NCBI RefSeq assembly: GCF_001194135.2
Contig: NC_068997.1
Span: 30,346,528 to 30,410,527, forward strand
Source of the DNA: Octopus bimaculoides
Taxonomy: Eukaryota
DNA: 64,000 nt
Direction of reading: 5' to 3'
Below are positions 1-12,254 of the stretch, piece by piece. The notes beneath the pieces were generated by a model, which saw only the letters and a list, made by a program, of their open reading frames with translations, was not told the DNA's origin and ran no database searches. The position numbers and the translations under genes are program-made. The first letter of the stretch is position 1. Each line of letters begins with the position of its first letter.

Positions 1-275
1 TTTTTGTCATTTTTCCTTTGATAAAGGTAGGTTTTGCACATTTATCAAGGCCAAATTGCATCCTGATGTCCTCACTGAATTGTTTAACAATCGCTAGTAG
101 TCCTTTGAGTTGTTGGTCATTCTTTGCAAAAAGCTTTAAATCATCCATGTAAATGAGATGATTTATATTTTTATCAAATATTTTATAACCATACTGTGCA
201 TCATTGAGCAATTTTGAGAGAGGTATTAAGGCTAGACAGAAGAGGAATGGTGATAGAGAGTCATCCTGGAAAATG
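1..275 (-). mobile_element. R4/Dong-like (RLE-type) non-LTR retrotransposon, RT fragment
   Basis: Minus-strand translation IFQDDSLSPFLFCLALIPLSKLL...NHLIYMDDLKLFAKN...FGLDKC contains RT motifs (QGDSLSP-like, YMDD) typical of R2/R4-type elements. Confidence 0.85.
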
Positions 276-437
276 TCAAATGAAATTCTTACATCTCCAG
301 CATTTAGAGATTCATTGTCATTGTTCAACGTCAGTGGGGTTTTCCATGATCTCATACTTACAGATAAAAAGTTTCGCAGAGTATGAGCTAGCACGGGCTA
401 CTAACTCCAAGATTCTGAGTTTGATTCCAGGTAGTGA

Positions 438-441
<4 letters not shown>

Positions 442-494
<53 letters not shown>
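442..494 (+). repeat. (AAT)n microsatellite
   Basis: Direct reading; it produces the poly-Asn/poly-Leu spurious ORFs. Confidence 0.97.
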
Positions 495-496
<2 letters not shown>

Positions 497-544
497 TCGA
501 AAAATACCTTAGGAATGAGAACCCAGGTTCAAAATTTCCCCCAA

Positions 545-592
545 GACACCCGATGAAGGCTGTGGAGGGTATATCAGCTGAAACGTTGTGTT
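545..592 (+). ncRNA. Minimal type I hammerhead ribozyme-like motif (core variant CCGAUGA)
   Basis: gacac-CCGATGA-a-ggctg...cagct-GAAA-cgt-t-gtgtt. Stem I gacac/gtgtt, stem II ggctg/cagct, palindromic ACGT stem III as in Penelope-type hammerheads; U4>C change in the core. Confidence 0.65.
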
Positions 593-669
593 CACAACAA
601 ACCAGATGAGGACAAATATCCGTCAAATGTAAATAATGTACATAATTCCTCATCTCTTAAATATAGAAA

Positions 670-890
670 TGTATGACCATGTGAAATCATGGACACCCTG
701 TGCTATCATTGTCTGAAGGCCTTCAGAATACTCTGTCTAAATATGATCCAGATGACCAGATGCGGTTTGTCCAAGTCCACATTTGCACATTTGGGTAATC
801 TAGTTGGTACTTGTCAGACAATTGGAAATGCTTGAGCAGGTTTTTGAGGCTTTTGCAACCCACTCTCCTATCAGTTAGCCCCACAACGCC
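670..890 (-). mobile_element. Tx1-like endonuclease (APE) C-terminal fragment, diverged duplicate of ~1030-1241
   Basis: About 215 bp aligns by eye with 1030-1241, with many substitutions. Confidence 0.75.
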
Positions 891-939
891 CACTTAACTA
901 ATTCACTAATCTGGTCTCTGTAAGTTTAATCTGCCAATA

Positions 940-3690
940 ACAACATGTTCAGCTTTCAATAACTGGGACCCTGTCTATGAAGTCTATTTACGTCGACTGT
1001 AAAAATCTCAAATTTGTGATCTGTGTAGCCGACCATGTGAAATTGTAGACACCCTCTGCTATCATTGTCCGCAGGCCTACAGAACACCCTATCTAAATAC
1101 GATCTAGATGAACCGATATGGTTTGTCCAAGTCCACATTGGCACATTTGGGCAATCTAGTTGATACCTGTCAAACAACTGGAAACATCTGAGCAGGTTTT
1201 CGAGGCTTTTGCAACCCCCTCTCACATCAGTTATCCCCACACAGTCTAAACGTCCATCTAGGACAGTGTTTCAGTCTCCTACTAACACTAAAGTATGAGA
1301 CGCTCTCAAGAAACCATCCAGACGCTTGAAATAATCAGGTCACCCTGCCCCTGTCGGAGCACAGGGAGCCATTAGTCTGAAGGCACCACCATCACTGCCA
1401 TTCACATACAGGACCACCAACTTACCTTCTGGATTCAGGAAGATTACCTTTATTTTCAAATTCAGGCCTTTCTGAAATAACACCACTGTTCCACCACTGC
1501 CTCCTCCCAACCGACACGATGATAAGAATATCTCGTATCCACTGAAGAGGGCTAAGAGGTTCCGTGGGTTGGAACGTCTGGTTTCACTAATGGCTTCTAC
1601 ATCTATGCTGACGGACCTCAAGTCATCATGGTTTCCAAGATGACCTGAGACCCCATACATTTAAACAACCTATCTTGAGCCCGACCATGTAGAAAAAAAA
1701 ATGAAAACAAACAATTAAAGAGAGCCTGATTTACCATTGGCCTCCTCGTTCTTTGGGGTGGCTGTTCTCACCAGTAGATTTTTGTATAGTTTTTTTTTTA
1801 CATAATACTTTTTGAAGTAACCTAACAGCTTCAGGAAATTTGATTTTTATTGTATGCATTGATAAGAATCTTTAAAATTTGTATGTGTGGTGGTGGTGTG
1901 TTGTGTGTGTGGGGGGGGGCAAACAAAATCCTCCATAGTAATGTTTGTGACGTCCCTGAGGTATGTTGTTAAATCTGTATTGTTTGTATATATGGCTGTG
2001 AGGTTTGTGGTGCTTCTGGAGTCTTTTGGTGTTACAATTTGTGTTAATATGTGTGTTTGAGGTGATAGTGTTGGTGAAAATGATGCTGGTGTAAGTTGTT
2101 GGTGGTTGTGTCTGTGTTTTGCTGCTATTGGGTTGTTCTGCCTGTGTGCGCTTCCCCTCTTTTGTTATGCATTTTCTGTTTCTTTAGGGGAACATGTGCC
2201 AGTCTTCCTTCCCAACCTCAGTGCTTGAGTAGTCCAAGTTGTTTGGGTTGGGAAGGAGAATGTCTTGCGGTTTTAGGATGGTTGCGTGCGGGGTTTCATC
2301 TGTTGTTGCTGGTACTCCCTCTGCTGCTAGTGGTGTGGGTGTTGGTGGAGCCTCGGCAACGGCTGGAGGGAGCATTGCTTTTGGTGTTGTCAATGGTGAT
2401 GCTGCAACCCCTGTTCATGCTTCTGTTGCATCCACCACTTCTGCTGCTACTGTGCTGGATATTCCCCCACTGCAGGCGTTGGTAGCAGTGCTGGTTGCCC
2501 CTCTTCATTCTCTTCAGTGCAAGAAACCTTTAAGTGGTTGGTATCGCCACGGTGGTAGCATCACGGCTTTCTACCCTCTGTTATAATATGGAGCCTGGTA
2601 CCGTCTGACAGTTTCATTGAGTTGGGGATAGAATTTATGCTTTTTTGTTCAACTTGAATGAGCAATTCCATCCCCTGATCCATCCAGCTCTGCTGTTGTA
2701 GTTTCTGCACCTCCAGGATGGTGGCAGTCTCCTCTATGTCTAGTAGGACTGCGCCGCCAACCAGCATATAAGTATTTCTGGGGAGATGTTTGAAATTTTT
2801 ATTTTCGTGATGTGCCTACCCATATATGTTGGAATGAGCATAAAATCTTCTGTCTTTAGGGGTACTGTAGAATGTTGTTTAACTTCTTTTTCTGTAGCAA
2901 AATGAACATTGATAGTGCCAAAATTTTTACCCTGTGTCACATACGTTTTTATGTTCCATATAGATTTCAATATCAGTTCCAACTGCTGTTGAGTAACATG
3001 TTCTACTTTCCACTTCTTTATGTTTATACATTTGTAAGTGACTAATTTTTTTTCTCTTTGTTGATGTCCCTAATTAAATCCTGTAGGTTGTTAAGGAAGA
3101 CATCATTTCCATACTTCCTTAACAATTCCTTTGCAATTTTTAATTCTTTCAATGTAAAAGTACATTTCTCTTTGGTTTGCTTCGCTGCTGAAGCGAAATC
3201 GTTAACATTATGTTTCTCATTTGAGTTTGCATTGATGGTCGTTGTGTGCGTGGTTTTCTTTTTGTTGTTGCTTGTTTTTTCTTTGTTGTCTGTGTTCATG
3301 GTGGTGGAGTTGGTAGTCATTTCTTGGTTTTCTTTCTGAATATTTTCTATGGGAGTGGTGGTGGTGTTGTTGGTACTGCTGTTTGTGCTAGCACTGTGAA
3401 GAGGGGAGAAATCAACAGTGTACTGGCTAACAGGCAGAAACACTCCCCTCCACGACTGACTTCATATTGCTTTTAGTGAAAACAAAAAACATTTTTTTTT
3501 TTTTTGGTAAAAAAGGACCAAATGTCCAAAATTCGTCTCTAATAGGGGGAACTTTTAACAAAAGAACCCCTTCAGCACTCCAAAAGGGGTTCAGAAAACA
3601 AAACAGTTCAACAAAACAGACAAAAAATATAAAGAAATACAACAATTAATATCCACTTACAGAGAGCTCAAAAAACATGCGCCACCAAGG
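940..3690 (-). mobile_element. Tx1/L1-like non-LTR element, 5' half (5'UTR, decayed ORF1, APE endonuclease)
   Basis: The ORF1-like frame 2740-2982 (GTINVHFATE...LIPTYMGR) matches other ORF1 copies in the window. APE motifs lie in 1340-1660 (AISETR, SGGTVVLF) and 956-1240 (WTWTN...SYLDRVF...TDH). Confidence 0.8.
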
Positions 3691-4155
3691 CACAACAACA
3701 ACAATAATAGTCAATTCTTTTATTAGCCACAAGGGCTAACATACAATAACATTAAATGAGATGACACAGACGTAAAAAGACAAAAGCAGGAAGATACAAT
3801 AAATAACAAGTAAATTAAACAAATTAAACCTCCCAATATGATAGGAGCTTTAAGGTCATCCTGGAAAACCCCACAAAACCCACAGGTACCTGATCACAAC
3901 AGGGCAAGAGCCCTTCTTGTTTAATTCCCTTTTTTTACAGGTGCACGCTCACAATTGGTCCTTTCACACTGGCCATTCTTCCAACATTCACCTACCTTTC
4001 AGCAAACTTGCTAGAAGACAACACTTCCCTCTTCACCCTTAACTTTTTTTTTCAAGTTAAACTTGTAAAAGTTGATGAGAGCTTGGCAAAAGAGGGAAGT
4101 GTCTATCTTTAGCCCTTTCAAACAGGTCCACCATACTGCTTGTTTTGCTACAATG
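3690..4155 (-). mobile_element. Tx1-like element 3' end (ORF2 C-terminus and 3'UTR)
   Basis: Its reverse complement aligns with 5170-5650 and ends CCCTTGTGGCTAATAAAAG followed by a (TTG/TTA)n tail. Confidence 0.8.
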
Positions 4156-4159
4156 GGTC

Positions 4160-5650
4160 CTCCTTAGCACCTGGAGAGGCAAGTCCATGCTGTCCAACAG
4201 TATCGTGGGGTGCTGGACAAGCAGTCCTCTTAAATTGCTCAGAGTCTAGTTTGGTCCAGACCTTCAGGTGGAGAAAAACTGGGACGAGGTGACAAGCAAG
4301 GTAGCCAGTCTCACCCAGAAATGGGCCTAGAGGAAGCTGTCCCTGAAAGGTCGAGTGATGATGGCAAATGCATACTTTGCATACGTCATCTATTACCGCT
4401 TGACCATCGTCCCTTGCGCTGTTTGCTGGTTGACCAAGCTAGTGTGCATACTCCTCCACTTTCTATGGAAGGAGCACGTTCCACTGGTCAGGCATTCCAC
4501 AAGTCAAGCATTCCATCTGCTGACAACAACCGCTGAATGGAGGGCTGGGCATGTTGTGGTTGCTGATGTACTCAGATTATGACATCTCCAGCATTTCCTT
4601 GATGGTGAACAGATATGGTCGCCATTTGTAAGACTCACTTTACCCCAGCTTGTCTCTTTGATTGAACTGCAAACCTGGATTAGGTGTAGACCGAGGAAGG
4701 GTGCTTGGCATCTTGATTGCCATCAAGCATTCACAGCTCTGAACCAGGTGGGCAATGTGGTTGGTGGTAGTTCCACTCTAGCATTCTATAGAGGGTTAGT
4801 GGAGTGAAAGTGTGACAACATTCTCGGAGAAACTCTAGGTGTTGAGAATCAACTAGCCAGTCTGTTTTGGAGAATTTTCGGGCCTGAGCCTATGAATAAC
4901 TTCCAGAAATCTTTGCCTGGCAGAATTACCGAGGGACACTGCCTGTCCAGAATAAATTTTACAGGCATGGAAATACCATCAGCCGGGCCTGCCCAAGGTG
5001 CACCCAGAGTGATAAAACTGTTCTGCATTCCATTGTCCAGTGTTCGAGTTTTGCTGACCTGTGGGTTTATGTCAAACACCTGTTGTCACATGCAGGACAG
5101 ATCCAGTTATCAGCTGAATCCATAGTGAAGATTACCCCACCACCCTTCTTTGTCTGCGAGGGGTAGCGAGTTTTTATTTGTCTGGTCGCTGTAGCAAAAG
5201 CGATATTATGGTTGACTCATCTGAAAGGGCTAAAGTCAGACACTTTCCTCTTTGGCCAAGCCCTCATAAACTTCTTCAAGTTTCACTTGGAGAGGAAAGT
5301 GAGAGTGGATAGGGAAGTGTTGTCTTCCAGCAAGTTTGTTGAAAGGTGGGCGAATGTTGGAAGAATGGCCAATGTGAAACGACCAATTCTGAGCATACAC
5401 TTGTAAAAAAGGAAATTATAGAAGGGCTCTACCCTGTTGATCAGGCACCTGTGGGCTTTGTGGGTTTTTCCATGATGATCTTAAAGCGCCTCCCCCCACT
5501 TCAATTTTTCATTGCTTTTTTTATAATGTTTATTCGATTTGAAAATCCATTATATCATCTTGTGTTGTCGATTATGTCTCCGTCATGTAATTTTATGTAT
5601 CTTTACATTAACCCTTGTGGCCAATAAAGCAATAAATTATTATTATTTAA
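4160..5650 (+). mobile_element. Tx1-like element, 5'-truncated (post-RT ORF2, zinc knuckle, 3'UTR)
   Basis: + strand reads FGPDLQVEKNWDEVTSKVASLTQKW*RKLSLKGR..., homologous to 20900-21700. It ends CCCTTGTGGCCAATAAAG...(TTA)n. Confidence 0.85.
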
Positions 5651-6892
5651 ATAGAAAGTCAGGGTAATCATATGGACAGTAGACGAACTAAACAGCTTAG
5701 ATAGAAAGACAAGGAAGTTGCTAACTAGATATGGGTCACTCCACCCAAAGAGAGACACAGACAGACTGTATGTACCAAGAAAAAGAGGGGAAGAGGACTT
5801 ATTAGATTCGAACACATCATTAGAGCAGAAGAAAACAACATAGCATGGTATGTAAAATATGCCACAGAACCACTATTACTAGAAGTAAGAAGGTCAGGCT
5901 TGTGTAGGATGAAATATTGCAAAGATAAAGCACTATGCAAGAAATTGAAAACGACTGAAACTGAAAATAGGTGGGTAAAGAAAAGAATGCATGGTCAATT
6001 TCATAGAGATGTTGAAGATAAGACAGAGGAAAAAAAGATGGCTGTGGATAACAAAAAGTGATTTAAAACTGGAAACGGAGGCTCTAATCTGTGCTGCCCA
6101 AGAGAACTAAGAACAAACTACACAAAATGCAGAATAGACAACACAGCAGAAAGTGATAAGTGCAGAATCTGAGGACAAAATGGTGAAACCATATGGCATA
6201 TTACCAGCCAATGTACGCCACTAGCCCAGAAGGAATATAAGAGATGCCACGACAATATAGCCAGGCTTGTTCATCAGACACTTTGCAACAAGAAAGGACT
6301 TGACAGAGCAAAAAATTGGTATGACCACAAACCTGAAGGCATTGTCAAAAATAGGAATGCAAAGATCCTATGGGATTTTATGATTCAGTGCAACCATGAG
6401 ATTGAGAATAGGAAGCTGGACATAGTCTTAATTGAGAAAAAAAAAAACTATGCTGGATCATAGACATAGCATGCCCAGCTGACAATAAGGTATGCAATAA
6501 GGAAGAAAGAAAAGTCAATAATAGATATGACAGGTTACCTTGGAGAAGTTAAGCAGTTGTGGTTGATGGAAAAGGTAGCAGTAGTACCAATAATTGTCGG
6601 AGCCCTGGGAATAGTGAGCAAAAATCTCGAGAAGTNNNNNNNNNNATAATTGTCGGAGCCCTGGGAATAGTGAGCAAAAATCTCGAGAAGTACGTGGAAC
6701 AAATAGGTGCTGCAATAAGGGTGGAGCACTTGCAGACAACAGCACTGCTTGGAACCATTTGAATACTCCAGAAGGTGCTCAAAAAATAAGAGGTGTTACC
6801 TTAGTTCACTGGTAGTGAACAGCTGACACTGTAGTACATCTCCAGCGTTAGAAGCTGTTCAAAGACAATAATAATAATAATAATAATAATAA
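5650..6892 (+). mobile_element. R4/Dong-like non-LTR retrotransposon, 5'-truncated, with restriction-like endonuclease
   Basis: LDRKTRKLL...DRLYVPRK.GGRGL, CCHC finger (CRI..GETIWHITSQC), RLE motif (KLDIVL...IIDIACP) and an (AAT)n tail at 6868-6892. Confidence 0.9.
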
Positions 6893-7713
6893 CAGGGATA
6901 TTTCTCTTACTCTCTCTGTCCCTTTCTCTCCCTCTTGCTCACACTGCCCATCCTTGATAAATCTCTCCTAACACATGGACCTACCAGAGAATTCAGCCCT
7001 CTTTTCAACAAGCACATTGACTTCAACTCTACCTGAAAATTTCATTCTCCTCTTTGATGATATATATTTGCTATTTCTAAATCTCCACACTGACTCAAAT
7101 CAGCCAGCTCAAGGACCTCTAATGACAGTCTATGTGGAAATAACCTTGGAAATAAGAATAAACCTCTTCCTTTATATTTCTTGTAAAAGGCTGGGCCGAA
7201 TGCCTTGTGGTGTTTTGACTTTTGAAATCCCACCAAGGACAATGTTACCTTTCACCATTACAATGACTTATCCAGTGCTTATCCAGGGTAGTGTAATTGT
7301 AGAGAATCAGGCAAAATGCCCTGCAGTATTTGTTCTAGATTTCTGTTCTCTCTGCAAAGCCTAAAGTAACACAGATATCAAACTCTATTGGCCCAAGTTG
7401 TCAGCCTTTTCGTCTGATAAACATCAACAGCATTGATGTATGGGTAAAATACATATGTATGGGTAACTGCCCATCTCCTACAAAAATGCTTGACTGAGTC
7501 TGGTCAAACATATAAAAATGCATGTTCAACCTTGTTTGATAAAGTCCCTGAAAATTTACAGGAATATTGATGTGATATAAATATAGAATTAAAATATGGA
7601 AATAAAGTTAATTAATTTGTAGTTGAGTGATAATAAAATTGGATCTGACGTTATTGAAATCACAATATGAAAATTAGTTGTACTCTGTAATATTTTCTGT
7701 TTTCCATTTTCAG

Positions 7714-7904
7714 TTCTACTTATGAAAAAGTTCAGAAAAAAAGTCATCTCCACTGGTCCTTCCAAAGATATGACATTATCAATGAGTTTTCTATCCGCCC
7801 TCCTTTGCCTCCTCCATTTGTACTGCTCAGTAACATCTACCAGTTCTGTCGTTATCTGTATAAAAAGGCAAAAGATCAGGAGCTGAAAATAAAATATGTA
7901 TTTT
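7714..7904 (+). CDS. TRPM: TRPM-family channel, gene 1: exon encoding the TRP helix
   Basis: ttttcAG acceptor and GTAAGT donor. It reads STYEKVQKKSHLHWSFQRYDIINEFSIRPPLPPPFVLLSNIY..., matching the TRPM signature W.FQRY...RP.LPPPF. Confidence 0.92.
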
Positions 7905-8399
7905 GTAAGTATCTTTTTCCTTGTTTTATTTCTATTATTTGTGATTTTCCAAATTTGTACTTCTGCATATTATAGGATACAGTTTTTACTGTTAGAAATA
8001 TTTTGCATCAATATGCTACACAACTGAGATGTATGCAAGGAACCTGTTTGTTAGTCATTAACAACATAAGTATGTGCCATAACAAAGGATCCTCTAAAAC
8101 TTTATCCAGGTATTACTGCTATAATCCATAGCCACAACAGCCTAATCTTCTTCATAACCACTACACTTTATTACCATTCACTGCATTGCCTCTATAACTC
8201 TCTGTGTTACCATTATGTTTCATAAACTCTTATATATGCATCTGCATTTCACAGCTACTACATTCTTACCTGTTTATTAGAACTAAACTATCTTGCAACT
8301 ACATCATGATATATGTACTACCACTCTATTAATTGCCTGGGACCTCAACTTCTGATGGTGACTTAGAGGTACTTAAGAGCTTACTGTCCACCAAACTCC

Positions 8400-9450
8400 T
8401 CTATCTGATGTAGTTTTGTACCAGAGCTGGGGCCCGCTTCTTCATGTTGTGTGTACATCATTCATTCCTTCTATATCTCCTTTTTTCCCTCCATTGTTCC
8501 TTGAAGAACAAGATTCAATGATCTTTACAAAGCAGCTGGGTCTCAGTGCATGACCATAATATTCCAGCTTTCTTTTCTTTTTTCTTTAAGTCAACCACTT
8601 CACCTTCCTTCTTATGAGATCTTCAATGTTGTCAGCAAATATGAGGTTTTTCATGTTCATCCCTCAAATGTTGACTGTGTTCATATGGTCTTGTTCATAC
8701 AGGTATTGGTCATAACATGCTCCAACATGTTAAAAAGATGGGAAGAGAGAAGACAAAGTTAATGGATTCCTATGGTGTTGTACACCCACCATCTTGATTG
8801 TGCCTTGCAAGAAACACTGAACTGGTTGTCTCGGCACAGAATGAGCCAACTTTTGCCTCATGTGGAATTCAAAGATCATCATGCCAAACTCTATAATTAT
8901 TTGTCTTAATGTTTTAGAAAATTTAGTCTAAGATTATTTAATACCACAAAGTGTTTCTTGCAGAGGATGAACATGTCAAACATCTGCTCAGTAGTTTTTC
9001 TAGCTTTATGGAAGTTTACTTATTCTACAGCTACGATGTTTCCTGTCTCAAGCATCAGTCTGTTCAAGGTTGTTCTGAACATAAACTTGTTTGTTTGACT
9101 GAGCTTTACACATACTGTGATTATTCTGACATGGTTGGAGATTGCTTGTCTTAGGAAGCAGTATAATCAGAAATTGAGACTAGGGTGTCAGTCAATCCCT
9201 TGTCTACCAGATTGTGAGTATTTTGACCTCTCCTTCATATTTCAACAGTTCAGCAGGGATATTGCCAACAACTACTGACCTTTCATTTTCCACTTATCTT
9301 CTTGCAATAACTTTTTCTCACATGATTAGGGAATCATTCTCACTGGAAGTATCCTTTACTTTCAGCATATTTGGACTTGTCAGATCTGATAATTGTACAT
9401 TACAATGATACACCAATTCCATTAAAATATCCAAAAATGTTATTGCTATA
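8400..9450 (-). mobile_element. Heavily decayed LINE (RTE-like) RT remnant
   Basis: Weak minus-strand similarity to the RT N-terminal D..NYRGISLL region; many stops. Confidence 0.35.
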
Positions 9451-10323
9451 CTTCATAAACACACTACAACATTATTCTGGTTTAATGTCTTCAAGGACAA
9501 TCCAAACTTTTCTTGTATTTAATGGATTATTACTACACTTCATAACAAATGCAAATCTATCTTAGCACTGCACTTAATAACCAGTACAACATAATCTCTT
9601 TTTAAAACTATGTCCTAGTTACCTTATCTATGTTTTAACCTTATCTATGTTTTAACTCCACAGCAATTATATATATATATATATTTGCATTACCTCTACA
9701 TTATATAGCCACTGCATTGTCTATATATTATGATTACATTCCATTGCTGCTACAACTTTCTGTTACTATTAAACTCTACAGCCACAACATTATGCACATA
9801 GTAGCACTTACATAATGTAATCCATTGCAACGTTTTCTCTAGATGTAAACTGCAGTCTATAACCACTAACTTTTTATAAGTGTACTCCATTGTACTTCAT
9901 TACTACAATGATTGATTTGTTACACCAGCATTATCTAACCAATACAGCATTGATGTATGTTTTACTATTCAACTCTGTAGCATCTCCAACATTATCCCAT
10001 AGAATCTATAACTACGACAGCAGTATTTCCATGTTGCTTCTACCTTTCAAAGCTACTACAATTTCGTCTCAATGTTATCACTATACTTTATCATCACTAG
10101 AGCTTTATATAACCATTACTAGTGTACTCTACAGCCACTGCAATTTTATCTTTCCTTAACTGCTACACTCCTTAATCTCTTGTAGAGCATTATGAGTTGC
10201 ACCTACATTCCTTAAACATTACAACTTTGTGTGTTTATCTTGACACTTTCTGTAACCACTACAGCTTATCTAGAATAACTTGTTACTTCAATAATTAATT
10301 GCTGCTATAACTTCCTTCCACAG

Positions 10324-10429
10324 CATGTAAATATGACAATAAAGAAAAAGAATTACTTGAGTGGGAGCACAAGATGGTTCAGTCTTACATCTTAAGGCAG
10401 CATAAATCTGACAGTAATGACAAGGATGT
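10324..10429 (+). CDS. TRPM: TRPM gene 1: post-TRP exon
   Basis: cttccttccacAG acceptor and GTAAGT donor. Its phase 1 to phase 2 ends link the flanking exons in frame: (S)CKYDNKEKELLEWEHKMVQSYILRQHKSDSNDKD(V); it contains the TRPM-like L..WE motif. Confidence 0.88.
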
Positions 10430-11249
10430 GTAAGTGATTTCATTTTCAAATTTATATGCATTAAGCTGATGTTCTGACACTAGCAAAACAATTTTCTCAA
10501 GGGAAAAATAGCAATTCTTGTAAGATTAAGGGTAGGATGTAGTTGACCAGATACACTTGTGAGCATAGTATACATTTTATTTGCCCTGATTGGTTAATGA
10601 CAAAGTTGATTCTAATGGATAAGTATTAAATGGATAAGTATTTAAACTTATCTGTTTATTTTCAAGGCTTCATTTATTCTTATTGGGTCTACTTTACTTT
10701 GTTACCCATAAAACTGTATGAAAAGATGTTATGTCTGAATTCCAAAGAAAGATATCAAGCCAACACTACAAATTCAAATTTCCTTTATTGCATTCTCCTA
10801 TTTATTGTTAAGAGGATTGATCAGTTAAATGTTTCAACCTTGAACTCATGCAACACCAATGACAAACTACAAACACTTGACCATTAGTTCTATTCGTACT
10901 ATATCCTATTAACTCCTACACTTGCAACTTTGACCTTTTCCTCAGATAACTCTTTCACTGGTTAGAAATTGACAATAATTTTCTTCGATTGTGAATATTT
11001 TGTCTGATCTCAAAGTATAATTATTTATACTGACAAATAAAAGGAAAATGTCAATTAATTTTATAGGAAGGATTTGGGTTTTGCTTATAACTTCAGATTG
11101 GTTGTTAATTTCATGACATAGAAAATTTCTTGAGGGAAATCATCAGTTGAAAACAGTAACTGATATATTATGAGTCATCATCATCATCATTGTTTAATGC
11201 CCACCTTCCATACTGGCATGGGTGGTACTAATGATAGGAATGTTCCATC

Positions 11250-11505
11250 ATTAAATATGTTTATTTCTTTATTGCCCACAGGGGGCTGAACATAGAGGGG
11301 GCAAACAACAATGACAGACAAAAAGATTAAATCGATTACATCAACCTTAGTGCATAACTGGTACTTATTTAATTGACCCTGAAAGGATGAAAGGCAAAGT
11401 TGACTTTGGTGGAATTTGAACTCAGAGCTTAATGGCAGACAAAATACCGTTAAGCATTTTGCCTGGTGTGCTAACGATTCTGCCAGCTCACCACCCTCCA
11501 TCATT
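11250..11505 (-). mobile_element. tRNA-derived SINE with Tx1-like 3' tail
   Basis: Head GGTGAGCTGGCAGAATCGTTAG and B-box GAGTTCAAATTCC on the minus strand. The tail TTTGTCTGTC...CCCCTCTATGTT...AATAAAGAAATAA resembles the Tx1 3' ends at 45260-45325 and 21900-21960. Confidence 0.8.
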
Positions 11506-11967
11506 AAATATATTGAGCACAAAACTGATCTATTGTGAACCACTCTACAAGTAAAAATGGACAGACACTTTTGGACAATGTTGAACATCATCATCAGCAG
11601 CAGCATGTAACATGTTTTCTTTACTGACTTAGGTTGAACTGTTTGCTCCAATGTCACCTTCGATATGGTTGTTTCCTAATGCCAACCACTTTACACTTGT
11701 GTACCAGATGCTTCTTTCATGCCCCCAGCACTCATAAAGTCACCAAGTAACTGCAACTAGGTACATGGAAGATGGAATATTCAGGAATGGAACATTTGTG
11801 ATCGTTTGAATCCTCAATCAGGGCTGACCTGAGGTTAAATAACATAAAAAGAAATTATCAATGTTCCAAACTATTTTAAGTTTCTGATTCATTTAAAGAT
11901 TTTCATTAAAAATTGCATCCACAGCTTTTCATAAAAACCTTTTAATGTAATATTTTTTTCCTTCCAG

Positions 11968-12130
11968 AATTGACCGATTAACATTGAAAGTAGAAAAATT
12001 ACAACAGCAACTAAACAATTCTCAGTATGAAAATTCACAGAATATTGTAGAAAAGTTTAATAAATTATGTTCAATAATTGACCAGTTAACGTCAAAGGAA
12101 GAAGAATTACAACACAACGTTGATGAAAAG
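11968..12130 (+). CDS. TRPM: TRPM gene 1: C-terminal coiled-coil exon
   Basis: tttttccttccAG acceptor and GTTTGT donor; the phase 2 start fits the previous exon. It reads IDRLTLKVEKLQQQLNNSQYENSQNIVEKFNKLCSIIDQLTSKEEELQHNVDEK, with heptad character. Confidence 0.85.
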
Positions 12131-12254
12131 GTTTGTAATTTATTACTTTTAATTTATTTTCCAGTTTTAGCATAAAAACTTCTATAAAATTTTATTGCTA
12201 TTCTTTAGTAAATATTTCCTTTTTAAAGTTATATATTTATCTTTTGTCTTTTAT

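Larger units (their letters stand above)
383..660 (+). mobile_element. tRNA-headed SINE-like element with internal (AAT)n and hammerhead-like motif (copy 1)
   Basis: Degenerate B-box (GAGTTTGATTCC), (AAT)n, then a body clearly homologous to 29015-29295. Confidence 0.75.

Noticed and set aside
4150-4170. Twin-priming 5' inversion of a single L1/Tx1 insertion
   Set aside because: Both arms include the 3' end and are diverged from each other, which does not fit a single insertion event.
6587-6692. Apparent tandem duplication in the R4/Dong element
   Set aside because: Identical sequence on both sides of an 11-N gap; typical scaffold overlap artefact.
6975-7364. 129-aa ORF upstream of the TRP exon as a TRPM S6 exon
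   Set aside because: No NLLIAMF-type S6 motif; more likely a chance ORF or decayed repeat.
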